Below are positions 1 through 10,046 of a stretch of 64,000 bases of DNA, in pieces (position 1 is the stretch's first letter; every line of letters begins with the position of its first letter). Below the pieces are notes generated by a model. The model saw nothing but the letters and a program-made list of their open reading frames with translations. It was not told the DNA's origin and made no database searches. The stretch spans positions 352,001 to 416,000 of the forward strand of contig CAWDPO010000017.1 of assembly GCA_963804165.1 (NCBI GenBank), written 5' to 3'. This stretch comes from an uncultured delta proteobacterium (GTDB taxonomy: Bacteria > Desulfobacterota > Binatia > UBA9968). The translations under genes were made by a program, and so were the position numbers.

Positions 1-291
1 AGCCAAAAGGCGCGCCGACGGAATGGGTGCCGATGGATTTGAATCCCACCAACGCCGGCGGCGTTGCCTTGCCCGCGGGAACCAACAGTCCGCACGCGGC
101 GCGTGTTGTTTATTGACTTTCTGCTTAGCCCCGAGGGACAGAAGATCTTCGAGGAAAAGTTCCGCTTCGCCACTTCCACCAAGAACTACGGCTTCAAGCG
201 CTGGTATCCGGAGAAGGGCTTCACGCTCGAACAATACGAAAAAGCCGAGGACCACTGGAAGAAACTGCTGAGGGATCTGGTTCGGCGCTAG
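1..291 (+). CDS. ABC transporter extracellular solute-binding protein (AfuA/iron-thiamine-like), C-terminal part only
   Basis: Reads KGAPTEWVPMD...PHAA, then after an apparent 1-nt shift near 100 LFIDFLLSPEGQKIF; same C-terminal motif as the SBPs at 17288 and 57011. Confidence 0.7.
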
Positions 292-313
292 GTCATTTTA
301 TTTGACCGATGGA

Positions 314-387
314 TGTCATTCTGAGGCAACGCCGAAGAATCTGGGCTTAGAATCGCGACGAGATTCTTTGCTCTGCTCAGGATGACA
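314..387. repeat. REP-like palindromic element, family GTCATnCTGAG...CTCAGnATGAC
   Basis: tgtcattctgaggcaacgccgaagaatct ... agattctttgctctgctcaggatgaca; related copies at 23181, 43846, 58669. Confidence 0.85.
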
Positions 388-482
388 ACGAGAACAAACT
401 TGTCGCGTCGCTAGTCGTTGACAGTTTTGCTTAGAACGGAGTAGGACGAGGAAGTAATTATTCGAAAATATTTTAAGGAGGA

Positions 483-1307
483 ATGGCAATGGCAAATTAT
501 CAGACTTTATTGGTCGACAACAAAGACGGCGTGACGACGGTCACGTTGAATCGTCCGGAGAAGCGCAACGCGATGAGCCCGCAGCTGCACCGGGAGATGT
601 ACGATTGCTTAACCGACCTGCGTTACGACAAGGATACGCGAGTGATCATCATCACCGGAGCGGGGGAGAGCTTTTGCGCCGGACAGGATTTGAAGCAGTA
701 TTTTATCGAGATGGATTCGCAGCCGGAGCGCGTGCGCGACGAGGTGCGGGAGAAGTCGCGCCAGTGGCGCAACGAGATCCTGCGCAAAATGCCGCAGCCG
801 GTGATCGCGAAAATTAATGGCTGGGTATTCGGCGGCGGCTTCACCGTCGTGACAGGCTGTGACATCGCGATCGCGGCCGACGACGTGCAATTCGGTCTCT
901 CGGAAGTCAATTTCGGTCATTTCCCCGGTGGCGAAGTGACGATTGTGTTGACGGAACATTTACAGCCCAAGCACGGACTTTACTATGCACTCACCGGCAA
1001 GACCATGAACGCAAAAGAGGCTGAGCGCATCGGCCTGATTACCAAAGCGGTGCCGCGGGCGGATTTGGACAAAGAGGTGATGGATATTGCGAACAACTTG
1101 AAGGAAAAAGCACCCTCGGCGCTCAACGCCGTCAAAGAAGCTTGGTATTACACCTTCTACTCCAATCCGGACGTCGCCTACGAGATCTCGGGTTTGATTT
1201 CCGATAAAGCGAAAGCAGCGATCGGCGGGCGGCCGGGCCTGCAACAGTTCGCGCGCAAAGAGTATCGGCCGGGGCTGGGGTCGTATAAATTCGAAGAGAA
1301 AAAATAG
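483..1307 (+). CDS. Enoyl-CoA hydratase/isomerase family, p-hydroxycinnamoyl-CoA hydratase/lyase-like
   Basis: LNRPEKRNAMSP, FCAGQDL, LSEVNFG, C-terminal YRPGL; SD aaggagg upstream. Confidence 0.85.
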   Translation: MAMANYQTLLVDNKDGVTTVTLNRPEKRNAMSPQLHREMYDCLTDLRYDKDTRVIIITGAGESFCAGQDLKQYFIEMDSQPERVRDEVREKSRQWRNEILRKMPQPVIAKINGWVFGGGFTVVTGCDIAIAADDVQFGLSEVNFGHFPGGEVTIVLTEHLQPKHGLYYALTGKTMNAKEAERIGLITKAVPRADLDKEVMDIANNLKEKAPSALNAVKEAWYYTFYSNPDVAYEISGLISDKAKAAIGGRPGLQQFARKEYRPGLGSYKFEEKK

Positions 1308-1310
1308 CTC

Positions 1311-1417
1311 GTTCAAAGGTTCAATCGTTCAAGGTTCAACGTTCCAGGAAGCTGAAGTCGAGCTCGGTTCCGTTCCGGCAAATCGTTGAACTTTGAACCG
1401 AGTGAAACGGTTGAACG
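1311..1417. repeat. Short-period GTTC(A/C)A array with inverted TTGAAC arm
   Basis: gttcaaag gttcaatc gttcaag gttcaac gttccag right after the stop codon; ttgaac units at 1386-1416. Confidence 0.8.
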
Positions 1418-1444
1418 TTCGTAGTTAAGCTTCGGAGGACAGGA

Positions 1445-2599
1445 ATGGATTTCAATTTGCCTGAAGAACTGCAGATGCTCAAAGACACGGTGCGCAAATT
1501 CGTCGACAAGGAACTGATTCCGATCGAGATGCACACGCTCGAGAACATGGAGCTGAAGCCGGACATTCGCGAGCGGTTGGAAAAGAAAACCAAAGACATG
1601 GGACTTTGGATGTTCGACGTTCCTGAAGAGTACGGCGGCGGCGGGCTCGGCAGCTTGGCGCAGGTGCTGGTATGGGAAGAGCTGGCGCGCACGGTTGCGC
1701 TGCCGTCGCGCGGCCAGGGCATCTTCGGGCCTGAAATCCGGCCGATCCTTTACGCGTTGAACGACGAACAGAAAAAACGTTTTTTGGATCCGATTAGAAG
1801 CGGCGAGAAAAAGCTCTGCTTCATGCAAACCGAGCCGGACGCGGGCTCCGATCCGGCATCGATGAAAACCCGCGCGGTGCGTCAGGGCGATTATTACATA
1901 GTCAATGGCACCAAGCGTTTCATCACCGGCGCCGGTGAAGCCGACTTCGGCCAGCTGATGGCCGTCACCGATCCGGCGAAGGGCGCGCACGGCGGCATTT
2001 CCTGTTTCATGGTCGATATGAAGACGCCGGGGCTGACGCTTGTCACCCGATACAAAACGATGATGGGCGAGGAGCCATGGCATATCACGTTCGACGACAT
2101 GAAGGTGCCGGCGGAAAATATTGTCGGTAAAGAAGGCGAAGGCTTCAAGCTGGCGCAAAAATGGCTCGGCATCGGCCGGCTGAAACACGGCGCGCGCGCT
2201 CTAGGAGTCGCCGAGCGCTGCATCGAGATGGGCGCGCGCTATTCCAAAGAACGAATCACTTTCGGGAAGCCGCTGTCGGAACGGCAGGGAATTACATTCA
2301 AACTAGCTGATTCCTACGTCGAGCTGCACGCCGCTCGACTAATGGTTTATCAGGCCGCGTGGAAGAACGATCAGAAACAAGATATCCGCAACGAAGCTTA
2401 CATGGCGAAGCTATTCGCCGACGAGATGTCATTCCGGGTCGTCGACCGCGTGCTGCAAATCCACGGCGGCATCGGCCTGACCCTCGATCTGCCGCTGGCG
2501 AAGTGGTTTGTCGATCAGCGCAGCCGGATGATCACCGAAGGCGCATCCGAAGTCATGCGCATGGTGATCGCAAGGGAAGTCTTAAAAAAGTACAACTAG
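1445..2599 (+). CDS. Acyl-CoA dehydrogenase
   Basis: PEEYGGGG, FMQTEPDAGSD, NGTKRFIT, QIHGGIG, ITEGASEV motifs. Confidence 0.95.
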   Translation: MDFNLPEELQMLKDTVRKFVDKELIPIEMHTLENMELKPDIRERLEKKTKDMGLWMFDVPEEYGGGGLGSLAQVLVWEELARTVALPSRGQGIFGPEIRPILYALNDEQKKRFLDPIRSGEKKLCFMQTEPDAGSDPASMKTRAVRQGDYYIVNGTKRFITGAGEADFGQLMAVTDPAKGAHGGISCFMVDMKTPGLTLVTRYKTMMGEEPWHITFDDMKVPAENIVGKEGEGFKLAQKWLGIGRLKHGARALGVAERCIEMGARYSKERITFGKPLSERQGITFKLADSYVELHAARLMVYQAAWKNDQKQDIRNEAYMAKLFADEMSFRVVDRVLQIHGGIGLTLDLPLAKWFVDQRSRMITEGASEVMRMVIAREVLKKYN

Positions 2600-2612
2600 G
2601 GAATCGAAAACA

Positions 2613-2693
2613 GTTCCAATCGTTCCAGATGTTCCAAAAGTTCCACCGGATTAAATCAGCTGGAACCGTTGGAACGATTGGAACTCCTGGAAC
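2613..2693. repeat. Inverted 9-nt array: 4x GTTCCA then 4x TGGAAC, between convergent genes
   Basis: gttccaatc gttccagat gttccaaaa gttccaccg ... tggaaccgt tggaacgat tggaactcc tggaac. Confidence 0.85.
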
Positions 2694-2695
2694 GA

Positions 2696-3094
2696 CTATC
2701 GATTTTCCTTCGCAAACGACAGCTCCCAGCGATTGCCGTCGGGGTCGAAGACGTTGATCGAATAGTTTTCGCTGTCGCGGTGCGGCCGGACCTTTTCGAT
2801 GTTGGCGCCGATGTCTTGCAGGGCTGAAAGCGCCTTGTCTTTTTCCTGCCACGGAATATTCAACGTGTGATGCGGGTCGGCTTCGCGCGGCTTGATCGAC
2901 GCGTCGAACAGATGGACTTCAAAGTTGCCGAGGCGCACGTCGACTTCTTTGACCTGGCCGTTCTTTTTTTGATCTTCGGTCGGCTCGACTTTTTTCACGA
3001 TCTGACCGCCTAGCGTCTTGGTATAAAACTCCACCGATTTGTCGAGATCCTTCGCGCTCATGGCGAAAGTTCTGAGTCCTTTGATTTCAAACAT
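2696..3094 (-). CDS. VOC/glyoxalase family protein
   Basis: DLDKSVEFYTKTLG and FDPDGNRWEL motifs; SD ggagg upstream. Confidence 0.9.
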   Translation of the reverse strand: MFEIKGLRTFAMSAKDLDKSVEFYTKTLGGQIVKKVEPTEDQKKNGQVKEVDVRLGNFEVHLFDASIKPREADPHHTLNIPWQEKDKALSALQDIGANIEKVRPHRDSENYSINVFDPDGNRWELSFAKENR

Positions 3095-3176
3095 GGAAAC
3101 CTCCCTTTTATCCGGTGATAAATTCGATTGCTAAAGTTACGGCGGGGCCGTTTGAGTTGTCAAGACTCATGAGAGC

Positions 3177-4241
3177 TCACTGGTCCATTAGAACCTTGAC
3201 TCGCTCGATGATTTCCGGTGGCTGCGACATCACCTGTTTTGCCAGGGCTTCAAGCTCTTCACCGGTGGACGGCGTGATGTCGAAATTTTTTCGTTTGGCT
3301 TCCGCCAAGAGCTCGGGATCCTTCATGGTCTTTAGAAATGCTTCGCGCAAGATTCTCATGCGATCCGCAGGTATTGCCGGTGGCGCGACAATCGGACGGC
3401 CGAAATCAGTCGCGGCGAGCACCATCGGCACCAAGCGCCGCTCTGATTCAGGGGTTTTATGCTCGTCCATCAGCTCGCGAAGAGTCGGCACATCGGCCAA
3501 TCGCGGATCGCGCGTCTGGCCCGTCTGCATCAAAATGCGCGCAAAACCCTTTTTGCGCCAGGTGTGGTACGGCTCGCGGGAATGATAGGCTTGAATGGTG
3601 AATGCGCGACAGTGCAGCTCGCCCCGCTCAACGGCCAGATCGATTTCGCCTCCTCCCTGGTAGCCGGCGACGATAGTAAATTTCGTTCCCAACGTCTCTT
3701 CGAGCAGCTTGGGCATGTAACTGCCTGAAGTTCCGGCACCCGTCGAGCCGCATTTTGGCGGTTCCTTGGCTTTTCGAACGTCGGCCAAGCTCTTATACGG
3801 CAGATCGGCGCGCATGTAGAGAAGGTAATCCGATTTGTCCGAACTGCCGATCCAGGTGAACTTCGCCCAATCGTACCTGACTTCTTTTTGTTTTAAGAGT
3901 TGGTTGAAATAGATCGACGGCTGAATCGCGCCAATCGTCAGCCCATCGGGCTTAGAAACGTTGTAGATATAATTCGCACCGATGATCGATCCCGCGCCGG
4001 TCATGTTTTGCACGATGAAACTCGGATTACCCGGAATATGCTTGCCCATAAACTGGGCCATGAGCCGCGCGTAAAGATCATAGGCGCTGCCGGCGCTCGC
4101 CGCCGCGATGACGGTAATGGTTTTACCCTGATAAAAAGGAGTCTGCGCCCAGGCGGTGGGAGTCAGCAAAAGCAGCGGCAGGAGCCAAAAAAATCTCTTC
4201 AACGAGAAACCTCCGGAACGACTTGCCAAATCAAAGCTCAA
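3177..4241 (-). CDS. Tripartite tricarboxylate transporter substrate-binding protein (TctC/Bug family)
   Basis: Signal peptide, FYQGKTI, VQNMTGAGS, KPDGLT, GYQGGGEIDLAVERGE. Confidence 0.9.
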   Translation of the reverse strand: MSFDLASRSGGFSLKRFFWLLPLLLLTPTAWAQTPFYQGKTITVIAAASAGSAYDLYARLMAQFMGKHIPGNPSFIVQNMTGAGSIIGANYIYNVSKPDGLTIGAIQPSIYFNQLLKQKEVRYDWAKFTWIGSSDKSDYLLYMRADLPYKSLADVRKAKEPPKCGSTGAGTSGSYMPKLLEETLGTKFTIVAGYQGGGEIDLAVERGELHCRAFTIQAYHSREPYHTWRKKGFARILMQTGQTRDPRLADVPTLRELMDEHKTPESERRLVPMVLAATDFGRPIVAPPAIPADRMRILREAFLKTMKDPELLAEAKRKNFDITPSTGEELEALAKQVMSQPPEIIERVKVLMDQ

Positions 4242-4430
4242 TATCGCTTAACACTCCGCTAAATACCGTGTCAATTGCCGACGATGGTCGCATTTCTCGA
4301 GGAATGACCGTGAGCGAAATTCGATTACGTCATGTTTCCCTCTCACAACATTGACAGCACCGGCAAACGGGCGTTATAGGACAGATGGAATTCACGTCGC
4401 TAAATTACTCTTAGAACTGGGGGAAAGATT

Positions 4431-6089
4431 ATGATCGCCGGTCACGCAGTGGCTCAATGTCTTCGCAACGAGGGGGTACGGCATGTGTTCTGCGTGCCGG
4501 GTGAAAGCTATGTCGCGGTTTTGGACGGACTCTACAGCACGCCGGAAATTCGACTGATTACCAATCGCCAGGAAGGCGGCGCTTGTTTCATGGCAGAAGG
4601 CTATGCGAAGGCGACGCGCATGCCGGGGGTCTGTCTCGTTACCCGCGGTCCCGGCGCGACCAACGCGAGTATCGCGGTCCATAGCGCAAAGTACGATTCG
4701 GTGCCGCTGGTATTGCTTGTCGGACAAGTCGGTCGGGCGGCGCGCGGCCGGGAAGCGGGACAGGAAATCGATTACACGCACTTCTTCGGCACCATCGCCA
4801 AATGGGTCATTGAGATTAACGACGCGCGCCAAGTGCCGCGCATCATGGCGCGGGCGTTTCATATCGCACGCAGCGGCCGTCCTGGGCCGGTCGTGGTGTC
4901 GTTGCCGCGCGACATGCTCGAAGAAGACGCGAAAATTTCCATGATCGATCCGTATCCAATGGTACGATCCGATCCCGATCCTAAATCGATCGAGCAGATC
5001 GTCGATCGGATTAACGCGGCGAAAAAGCCGGTGTTGATCGCCGGCTCGGGAACGCAATATTCCAACGCGCGGCAGGAGTTGATCGATTTCTCCGAAAAGT
5101 TTCAGGTTCCTGTGCTCACCTCCTATAAACGCCAGGATGCTTTCCCCAACAGTCATCCGAACTACATTGGCAACCTGGCGAACGCCAACAAACACACGCG
5201 AAATTTGGTTTCCGATGAAGCCGATTTGGTGGTGGTGATCGGCAGCCGGCTCAATCAGCAGACCACCGCTAGTTTTGCTTTTCCCAAACCTGGACAACCG
5301 TTCGTTCAAATTTATCCCGACGAAGAAGCAATCGGCCAGAACTTGCGTCCCGACGTCGGTATCGTCGCCGATGCAAAAACGGCGTTGGCCGCGGCGCTCA
5401 AATTTCAAGGGCCAAGACCGAACGAGAGCCGGGCGGGTTGGGTCGCGGAACATCATGCCGCGCAAAAACGTTACGCGACTCCATCCGAGCGTCCGACGCA
5501 GCGCGTGTCGATGGAGCGGGTGATGGCGGATCTCAAGGCGGCGTTGCCGTCGGACGCGATCACGGCGACGGACGCGGGCAGCTTCGGTCAGTGGCATCAG
5601 CGCTATTTAGAATTCGATTACGCAGACTCCTATATCTCACCGAGTCTAGGATGCATGGGTCCGGGCGTTCCGTCAGCCGTGGCCGCGAAGCTTGCGCATC
5701 CGGGCCGCCTGGTTGTGGCGCACGCCGGCGACGGCGGATTTCTCATGACGGGCCAAGAAATGGCGACGGCAAAACAGTTTGGCGCCGACATCATCACGAT
5801 CGTCTACAACAACGAAGGATACAACTCGATCCGCATGCACCAGGTAGCGCAATATCCCGGACGTCCCTCCGGCAATGACCTGATGAATCCCGATTTCGCC
5901 GGTCTCGGTACCGCCTACGGTGCGTTGGGCTTGAAGGTAAATCGCGACGACGAATTCATGCCGGCTCTCAAGCAGGCGATGAGCGCGAACAGATCGGCAC
6001 TGATCGAGGTGTCGACCGACCTTGAATATGTCACGCCGACCGCGACGCTAACGGAACTCTCCGGGAGGCCGCTGCAGGGCGGGGATTAA
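4431..6089 (+). CDS. Thiamine diphosphate-dependent enzyme (acetolactate synthase large subunit-like)
   Basis: RQEGGACFMAEGYAK, TRGPGATN, ThDP motif GDGG...YNN. Confidence 0.92.
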   Translation: MIAGHAVAQCLRNEGVRHVFCVPGESYVAVLDGLYSTPEIRLITNRQEGGACFMAEGYAKATRMPGVCLVTRGPGATNASIAVHSAKYDSVPLVLLVGQVGRAARGREAGQEIDYTHFFGTIAKWVIEINDARQVPRIMARAFHIARSGRPGPVVVSLPRDMLEEDAKISMIDPYPMVRSDPDPKSIEQIVDRINAAKKPVLIAGSGTQYSNARQELIDFSEKFQVPVLTSYKRQDAFPNSHPNYIGNLANANKHTRNLVSDEADLVVVIGSRLNQQTTASFAFPKPGQPFVQIYPDEEAIGQNLRPDVGIVADAKTALAAALKFQGPRPNESRAGWVAEHHAAQKRYATPSERPTQRVSMERVMADLKAALPSDAITATDAGSFGQWHQRYLEFDYADSYISPSLGCMGPGVPSAVAAKLAHPGRLVVAHAGDGGFLMTGQEMATAKQFGADIITIVYNNEGYNSIRMHQVAQYPGRPSGNDLMNPDFAGLGTAYGALGLKVNRDDEFMPALKQAMSANRSALIEVSTDLEYVTPTATLTELSGRPLQGGD

Positions 6090-6094
6090 TATGG

Positions 6095-6205
6095 CGTCAT
6101 TCCGTCCAAAAAATCTCCCTTGCCCCTCTTTAGTAAAGAGGGGTGAGAATTGCACGGAGGAAAAGGGGGACAAGGGGGATTTGAGTTCGACTTCAGCTGT
6201 TGCCA
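6095..6205. repeat. Partial copy of composite palindromic MITE-like element (CCCCTCTTT...AAAGAGGGG core)
   Basis: Colinear similarity to 38508-38662 and to the reverse complement of 10668-10835. Confidence 0.75.
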
Positions 6206-6261
6206 TCGGTTGGACTTTTTAGACGAACTTCGGATCCAGAAGTGAAGGTCGGCGATCGCCG

Positions 6262-7374
6262 CTATATCGAATAGAAATCCTTGGGATTTCGCACCAGTAT
6301 TTTATCTACTAAAGCAGCTGAAAGATCCTCGCGCGCTTTCATCGTCTCGACCAGCGCCTTTTCTTCCGCGGGATCATTGTGACCGTAGTCGGAGCCGATC
6401 ATCAGGTGATCCTCGCCAATGTATTCCGCCAGGTACGGGATGTCTTCGTCCGCTTCACAGGCGACGTAGATCCGATAGTTGCGGAACAGATCTTTGCACG
6501 ACGCATGTTTCCAGCGCGCATCAGGAAAGGACGGGCGCGGGCGCGCCGAGCGCTTCAAGTGATGGTATAAGAACGGCACCCAACTTGCCGAAACTTCGAG
6601 AAAACCGAATTTCAAGCTAGGAAATCTTTCCGGAATCGCACTGGCCACGAGATCGCGAAAACCGATAATCGGCAGCAGGTGCGAGGCTGCGAAAGTTCCA
6701 TTCAATTCAAGATCGAAGAAGTCCAGTAAATGGCGGCAGCTTTGTCCGGTGTGAACACAGATCGGCAGGCCGAGCTTTTCGGCTTCCGCGTAGATCGGAT
6801 AAAAGTGAGGATTGTTCAGGGTGAGCGACCCCACGATGCCGCTGAAAAATATTCCCACGGCGCCGTTCAGTTTGGCCTCGTGCATCTCTTTGATAGATTC
6901 GTCCACGCTGTGCAGCGGCAGCACGGCGACCCAACGAAGGCGCCCGCGCGATTTGCCGAACACCTGCGCCAGGTACCGGTTGTAGGCGCCGCACAGTGCG
7001 ATCTCCAAGCCGACGTCGTCGGTGATGTGAATTAGAAATAACGTCGGGTAAATCACCTGCACGGCGACTCCAGCCTTGTCCATGTCGGCCAAGCGCGCTT
7101 CGACATCGGTAATTTCACGGCAGCCCAGGCTGATATCGGTCCTGCCGGCTTCGCGTTTCGACGCGGTCGGCGTGATGATGCGAAAGCCGCCTTTGCCGCT
7201 GGCTTTTGGAAAAATATTTCCGTCGATGAGCCACAGAACATTAAAATCCCGATACAGCGTGTCGTCCGGAGCGGCGAGCATGACAGGCCGGCGGTGATAC
7301 GAGTTTTTGTCAAATAGCTTCCACATGCTCTCCGACTCTGCGATGTGCGTGTCGGCATCGATGATTCCGGTCAT
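6262..7374 (-). CDS. Amidohydrolase family protein (Amidohydro_2, decarboxylase-like)
   Basis: IDADTH, LPICVH, GSDYGH motifs; close paralog of 21976-23073. Confidence 0.9.
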   Translation of the reverse strand: MTGIIDADTHIAESESMWKLFDKNSYHRRPVMLAAPDDTLYRDFNVLWLIDGNIFPKASGKGGFRIITPTASKREAGRTDISLGCREITDVEARLADMDKAGVAVQVIYPTLFLIHITDDVGLEIALCGAYNRYLAQVFGKSRGRLRWVAVLPLHSVDESIKEMHEAKLNGAVGIFFSGIVGSLTLNNPHFYPIYAEAEKLGLPICVHTGQSCRHLLDFFDLELNGTFAASHLLPIIGFRDLVASAIPERFPSLKFGFLEVSASWVPFLYHHLKRSARPRPSFPDARWKHASCKDLFRNYRIYVACEADEDIPYLAEYIGEDHLMIGSDYGHNDPAEEKALVETMKAREDLSAALVDKILVRNPKDFYSI

Positions 7375-7563
7375 AAAGATCTCCTCGAATACGGTCTTAC
7401 GAAATCTATCGAGGACCGATCGCCCGCGTCAAGCGGCTTGGCCGCATTGAATCTAGAAAAACGTTCACCGCACGGAGTTCGAGCCGAGAAAATATCGTAC
7501 GGATTGACAGCCAAATCTCGGCCGTGATTAAAGAGGCCCAGGGCCAAGGAAGGGAGGCTTGTC

Positions 7564-8682
7564 GTGATCAACGGATATCGAGTTTACGATGCCGACGCCC
7601 ACGTCAATGTGGCGCCACAGATGTGGGAAGATCTGCCGAAGGAATTCGCCGCGCGACGGCCGCGGCCGGCGTTGATCCACGACGGCGCCGAGCTTGGCGC
7701 GTTTACCGCGGGCTGGTTGACCGATGGGCGCATGGAGCCGCATGGGTTGGGGCCGGGCTTGCAGCCGGCGACGCCGCCGCGTTGGGTGGTCGAAGGGCCG
7801 GACCGGGGTTCTTTGACGCTCGTCGATCCGGACGCGCGCATCCGCGATCTCGAGCGTCTGGGGATCGACGTGCAGTTCTTGTTCCCGTCGACGTTATACG
7901 CGCGTTGGACGAGCGATCCGCGTTTCGAAGCGGCACTTTTTCGCGCCTACAATCGTTTCATCGCGCGCCAAACACGCGCCCACTCGAAACGTTTGAAATG
8001 GGCGGGCTTGATCCCGCTGCGCGAAGCGCGCGAGTCGATCGTCGCTTTGGAAGAAATGCTCAAGTTAGGAGCCTCGGCGGCCGTGGTGTTCGGCACGGCG
8101 GGTGACAAGATGCTATGCGACAGCGGTTTTCAGAATTTCTGGGAAGAGTTCGCGCGCTGCAGGCTGCCGCTCTGCGTGCACATGGCGGCGAGCTTCCCGC
8201 CGTTCGATAGCTGTGTGGAAAGTTTTCTCGATGCCCACGCGCTCAGCATGGCGTTGCCGGCGCAGATGGCCTTCGTCGCGCTGCTCGGTAGCGGTATGAT
8301 GGATCGCTATCCTGACTTGCGCATTGCCTTCATGGAGTTCGGCGCGGAGTGGATTTTCTACATGGTCGGCCGGCTGGATCATTATTTAGCGCGGGATCGC
8401 GAGATCCAACCGAGCGTGCTGAATGCGCGCATGCCTGAAAAAACTATGAGGGAATATCTTCGCTCCGGGCGCGTTTTCATCTGTGGCGAGATGGAAGACC
8501 CGCTGATGAAAGAAGAATTGGCGCTCATGGGCGAGGACCAGTTGCTTTACTCGTCCGATTACCCGCACGGCGAGGGGCGGGAAAACGCGGCTCAAGAGCT
8601 TTTACAGCGAAGCGATATCAGTGAAACGCAAAAACAGAAGATCCTTTATCAGAATCCGATAAGGCTGTTTGGGGATATTTAA
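7564..8682 (+). CDS. Amidohydrolase family protein
   Basis: DADAH, LPLCVH, SSDYPH. Confidence 0.9.
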   Translation: MINGYRVYDADAHVNVAPQMWEDLPKEFAARRPRPALIHDGAELGAFTAGWLTDGRMEPHGLGPGLQPATPPRWVVEGPDRGSLTLVDPDARIRDLERLGIDVQFLFPSTLYARWTSDPRFEAALFRAYNRFIARQTRAHSKRLKWAGLIPLREARESIVALEEMLKLGASAAVVFGTAGDKMLCDSGFQNFWEEFARCRLPLCVHMAASFPPFDSCVESFLDAHALSMALPAQMAFVALLGSGMMDRYPDLRIAFMEFGAEWIFYMVGRLDHYLARDREIQPSVLNARMPEKTMREYLRSGRVFICGEMEDPLMKEELALMGEDQLLYSSDYPHGEGRENAAQELLQRSDISETQKQKILYQNPIRLFGDI

Positions 8683-8685
8683 CGC

Positions 8686-8721
8686 GTTCAAGCCGTTCAA
8701 ATCGTTCAACGCGTTCAAATC
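8686..8721. repeat. GTTCAA 9-nt tandem array
   Basis: gttcaagcc gttcaaatc gttcaacgc gttcaaatc immediately after the stop codon. Confidence 0.8.
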
Positions 8722-8827
8722 GTAAGGCGAATGTCGGTCGGTGGTCGGCGCGGGCGGAGGCTCTTTCAAACGTCGGGAAACCGTACTAAATAATAGAAAG
8801 CCAAATTATTTCAAGGAGACTTTGACC

Positions 8828-9916
8828 GTGGGAATTATCGATGCCGATACTCATATCGATGAAACCGATGACACCTGGGAGTACATGCAAGAAGCGGATG
8901 TGCAGTTCAAACCGGCGACCGCTTATCCGTCGAATCCGGATCCGAAGCTGCCGCCGGCGCGCTACTGGTTGATCGACGGCAAGCGCCAGATTCGCTTCAT
9001 TCGCAGCGACAAAGACTCGGGCACCACCGTGGCGACGCGCGAGCTGCTCGACGTCAAGGCGCGGCTCAAGCACATGGATGAGCTGGGCACGGATACCCAA
9101 GTGATTTATCCGACGCTTTTCTTGATGGAGGCGACGGAAAAGCCGGAGCTCAATTCGGCGATGCGCCGCAGCTATAACCGTTGGTTAGGCGACCGCTGCA
9201 GTCAATCGGGCGGACGACTGCGCTGGGTTTGCATGCCGCCGCTGCAGAAAATGGACGAAGCCTTGGCGGAAGTACGCTGGTCAAAAGAGCACGGCGCCTG
9301 CGGCATCTTGAAAAAAGGCGACCGCGAAGCGGGTAAGTATCCCGCTGATCCGTACTTCGAGCCCCTGTACGCGGAAGCGGAGAAGCTCGATCTGCCGATC
9401 TGCATTCACACCGGCTCGGGCGTGCCGGATTTCTCGCCGGCGCGGGAATTCTCCCACGGCCAGTTCATGCGCACGAAGGCGGCGGCGATGAACGGCATCA
9501 TCGGCCTGATTCTGCATAAGATCCCGACGAAATTTCCGAAGCTCCGCATCGGTTGCATCGAAGCCGGTTCCATGTGGGCGCCGTTTGTCGCCTACGATCT
9601 GCGCCGGCAACAGCTTCGTCAGCAGGGGCGCGAGAGCACGAGCGTGCTCGGTGTCCCGTTGCTGAACCTGGCGCAAAATGTATTTCAGGAAAATCGCGTC
9701 TATATCACCTGCCAGGTCGACGAGGATCTTCCATATATTATTAAATCCGTCGGCGAAGACAATTTGATGGTCGGCTCCGATTACACCCATCGCGATCCGT
9801 CGATGGAGCTTGAATTTCGCAAGGAGCTGCAAGCGCGCGCGGACAAGGGCGATATCCCGCAATCGGCCGTGCAAAAAATTCTCTACGACAACCCGAAGGC
9901 GTTTTACGGATTATAG
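8828..9916 (+). CDS. Amidohydrolase family protein
   Basis: GTG start after aaggag; IDADTH, LPICIH, GSDYTH. Confidence 0.9.
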   Translation: MGIIDADTHIDETDDTWEYMQEADVQFKPATAYPSNPDPKLPPARYWLIDGKRQIRFIRSDKDSGTTVATRELLDVKARLKHMDELGTDTQVIYPTLFLMEATEKPELNSAMRRSYNRWLGDRCSQSGGRLRWVCMPPLQKMDEALAEVRWSKEHGACGILKKGDREAGKYPADPYFEPLYAEAEKLDLPICIHTGSGVPDFSPAREFSHGQFMRTKAAAMNGIIGLILHKIPTKFPKLRIGCIEAGSMWAPFVAYDLRRQQLRQQGRESTSVLGVPLLNLAQNVFQENRVYITCQVDEDLPYIIKSVGEDNLMVGSDYTHRDPSMELEFRKELQARADKGDIPQSAVQKILYDNPKAFYGL

Positions 9917-9963
9917 AACATGTTGTTCGGTCGTAGTTCAATTTGGATTTTTCAATCTATCAG

Positions 9964-10027
9964 CGTAGGGGCAGGCTCCTGTGCCTGCCCTGGGTCGAAC
10001 GGGCAACCACAGGGGGTTGCCCCTACG
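9964..10027. repeat. GTAG-type REP doublet (REPIN-like)
   Basis: cGTAGgggcaggctcctgtgcctgccc ... gggcaaccacagggggttgcccCTACg; two inverted palindromes with GTAG heads. Confidence 0.8.
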
Positions 10028-10046
10028 AATTTCAGGAGGTCATGAG

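Noticed and set aside
4392-5597. Long antisense ORFs (also 1313-2188, 38979-39899, 39952-40944)
   Set aside because: Typical high-GC shadow frames opposite clearly identifiable genes
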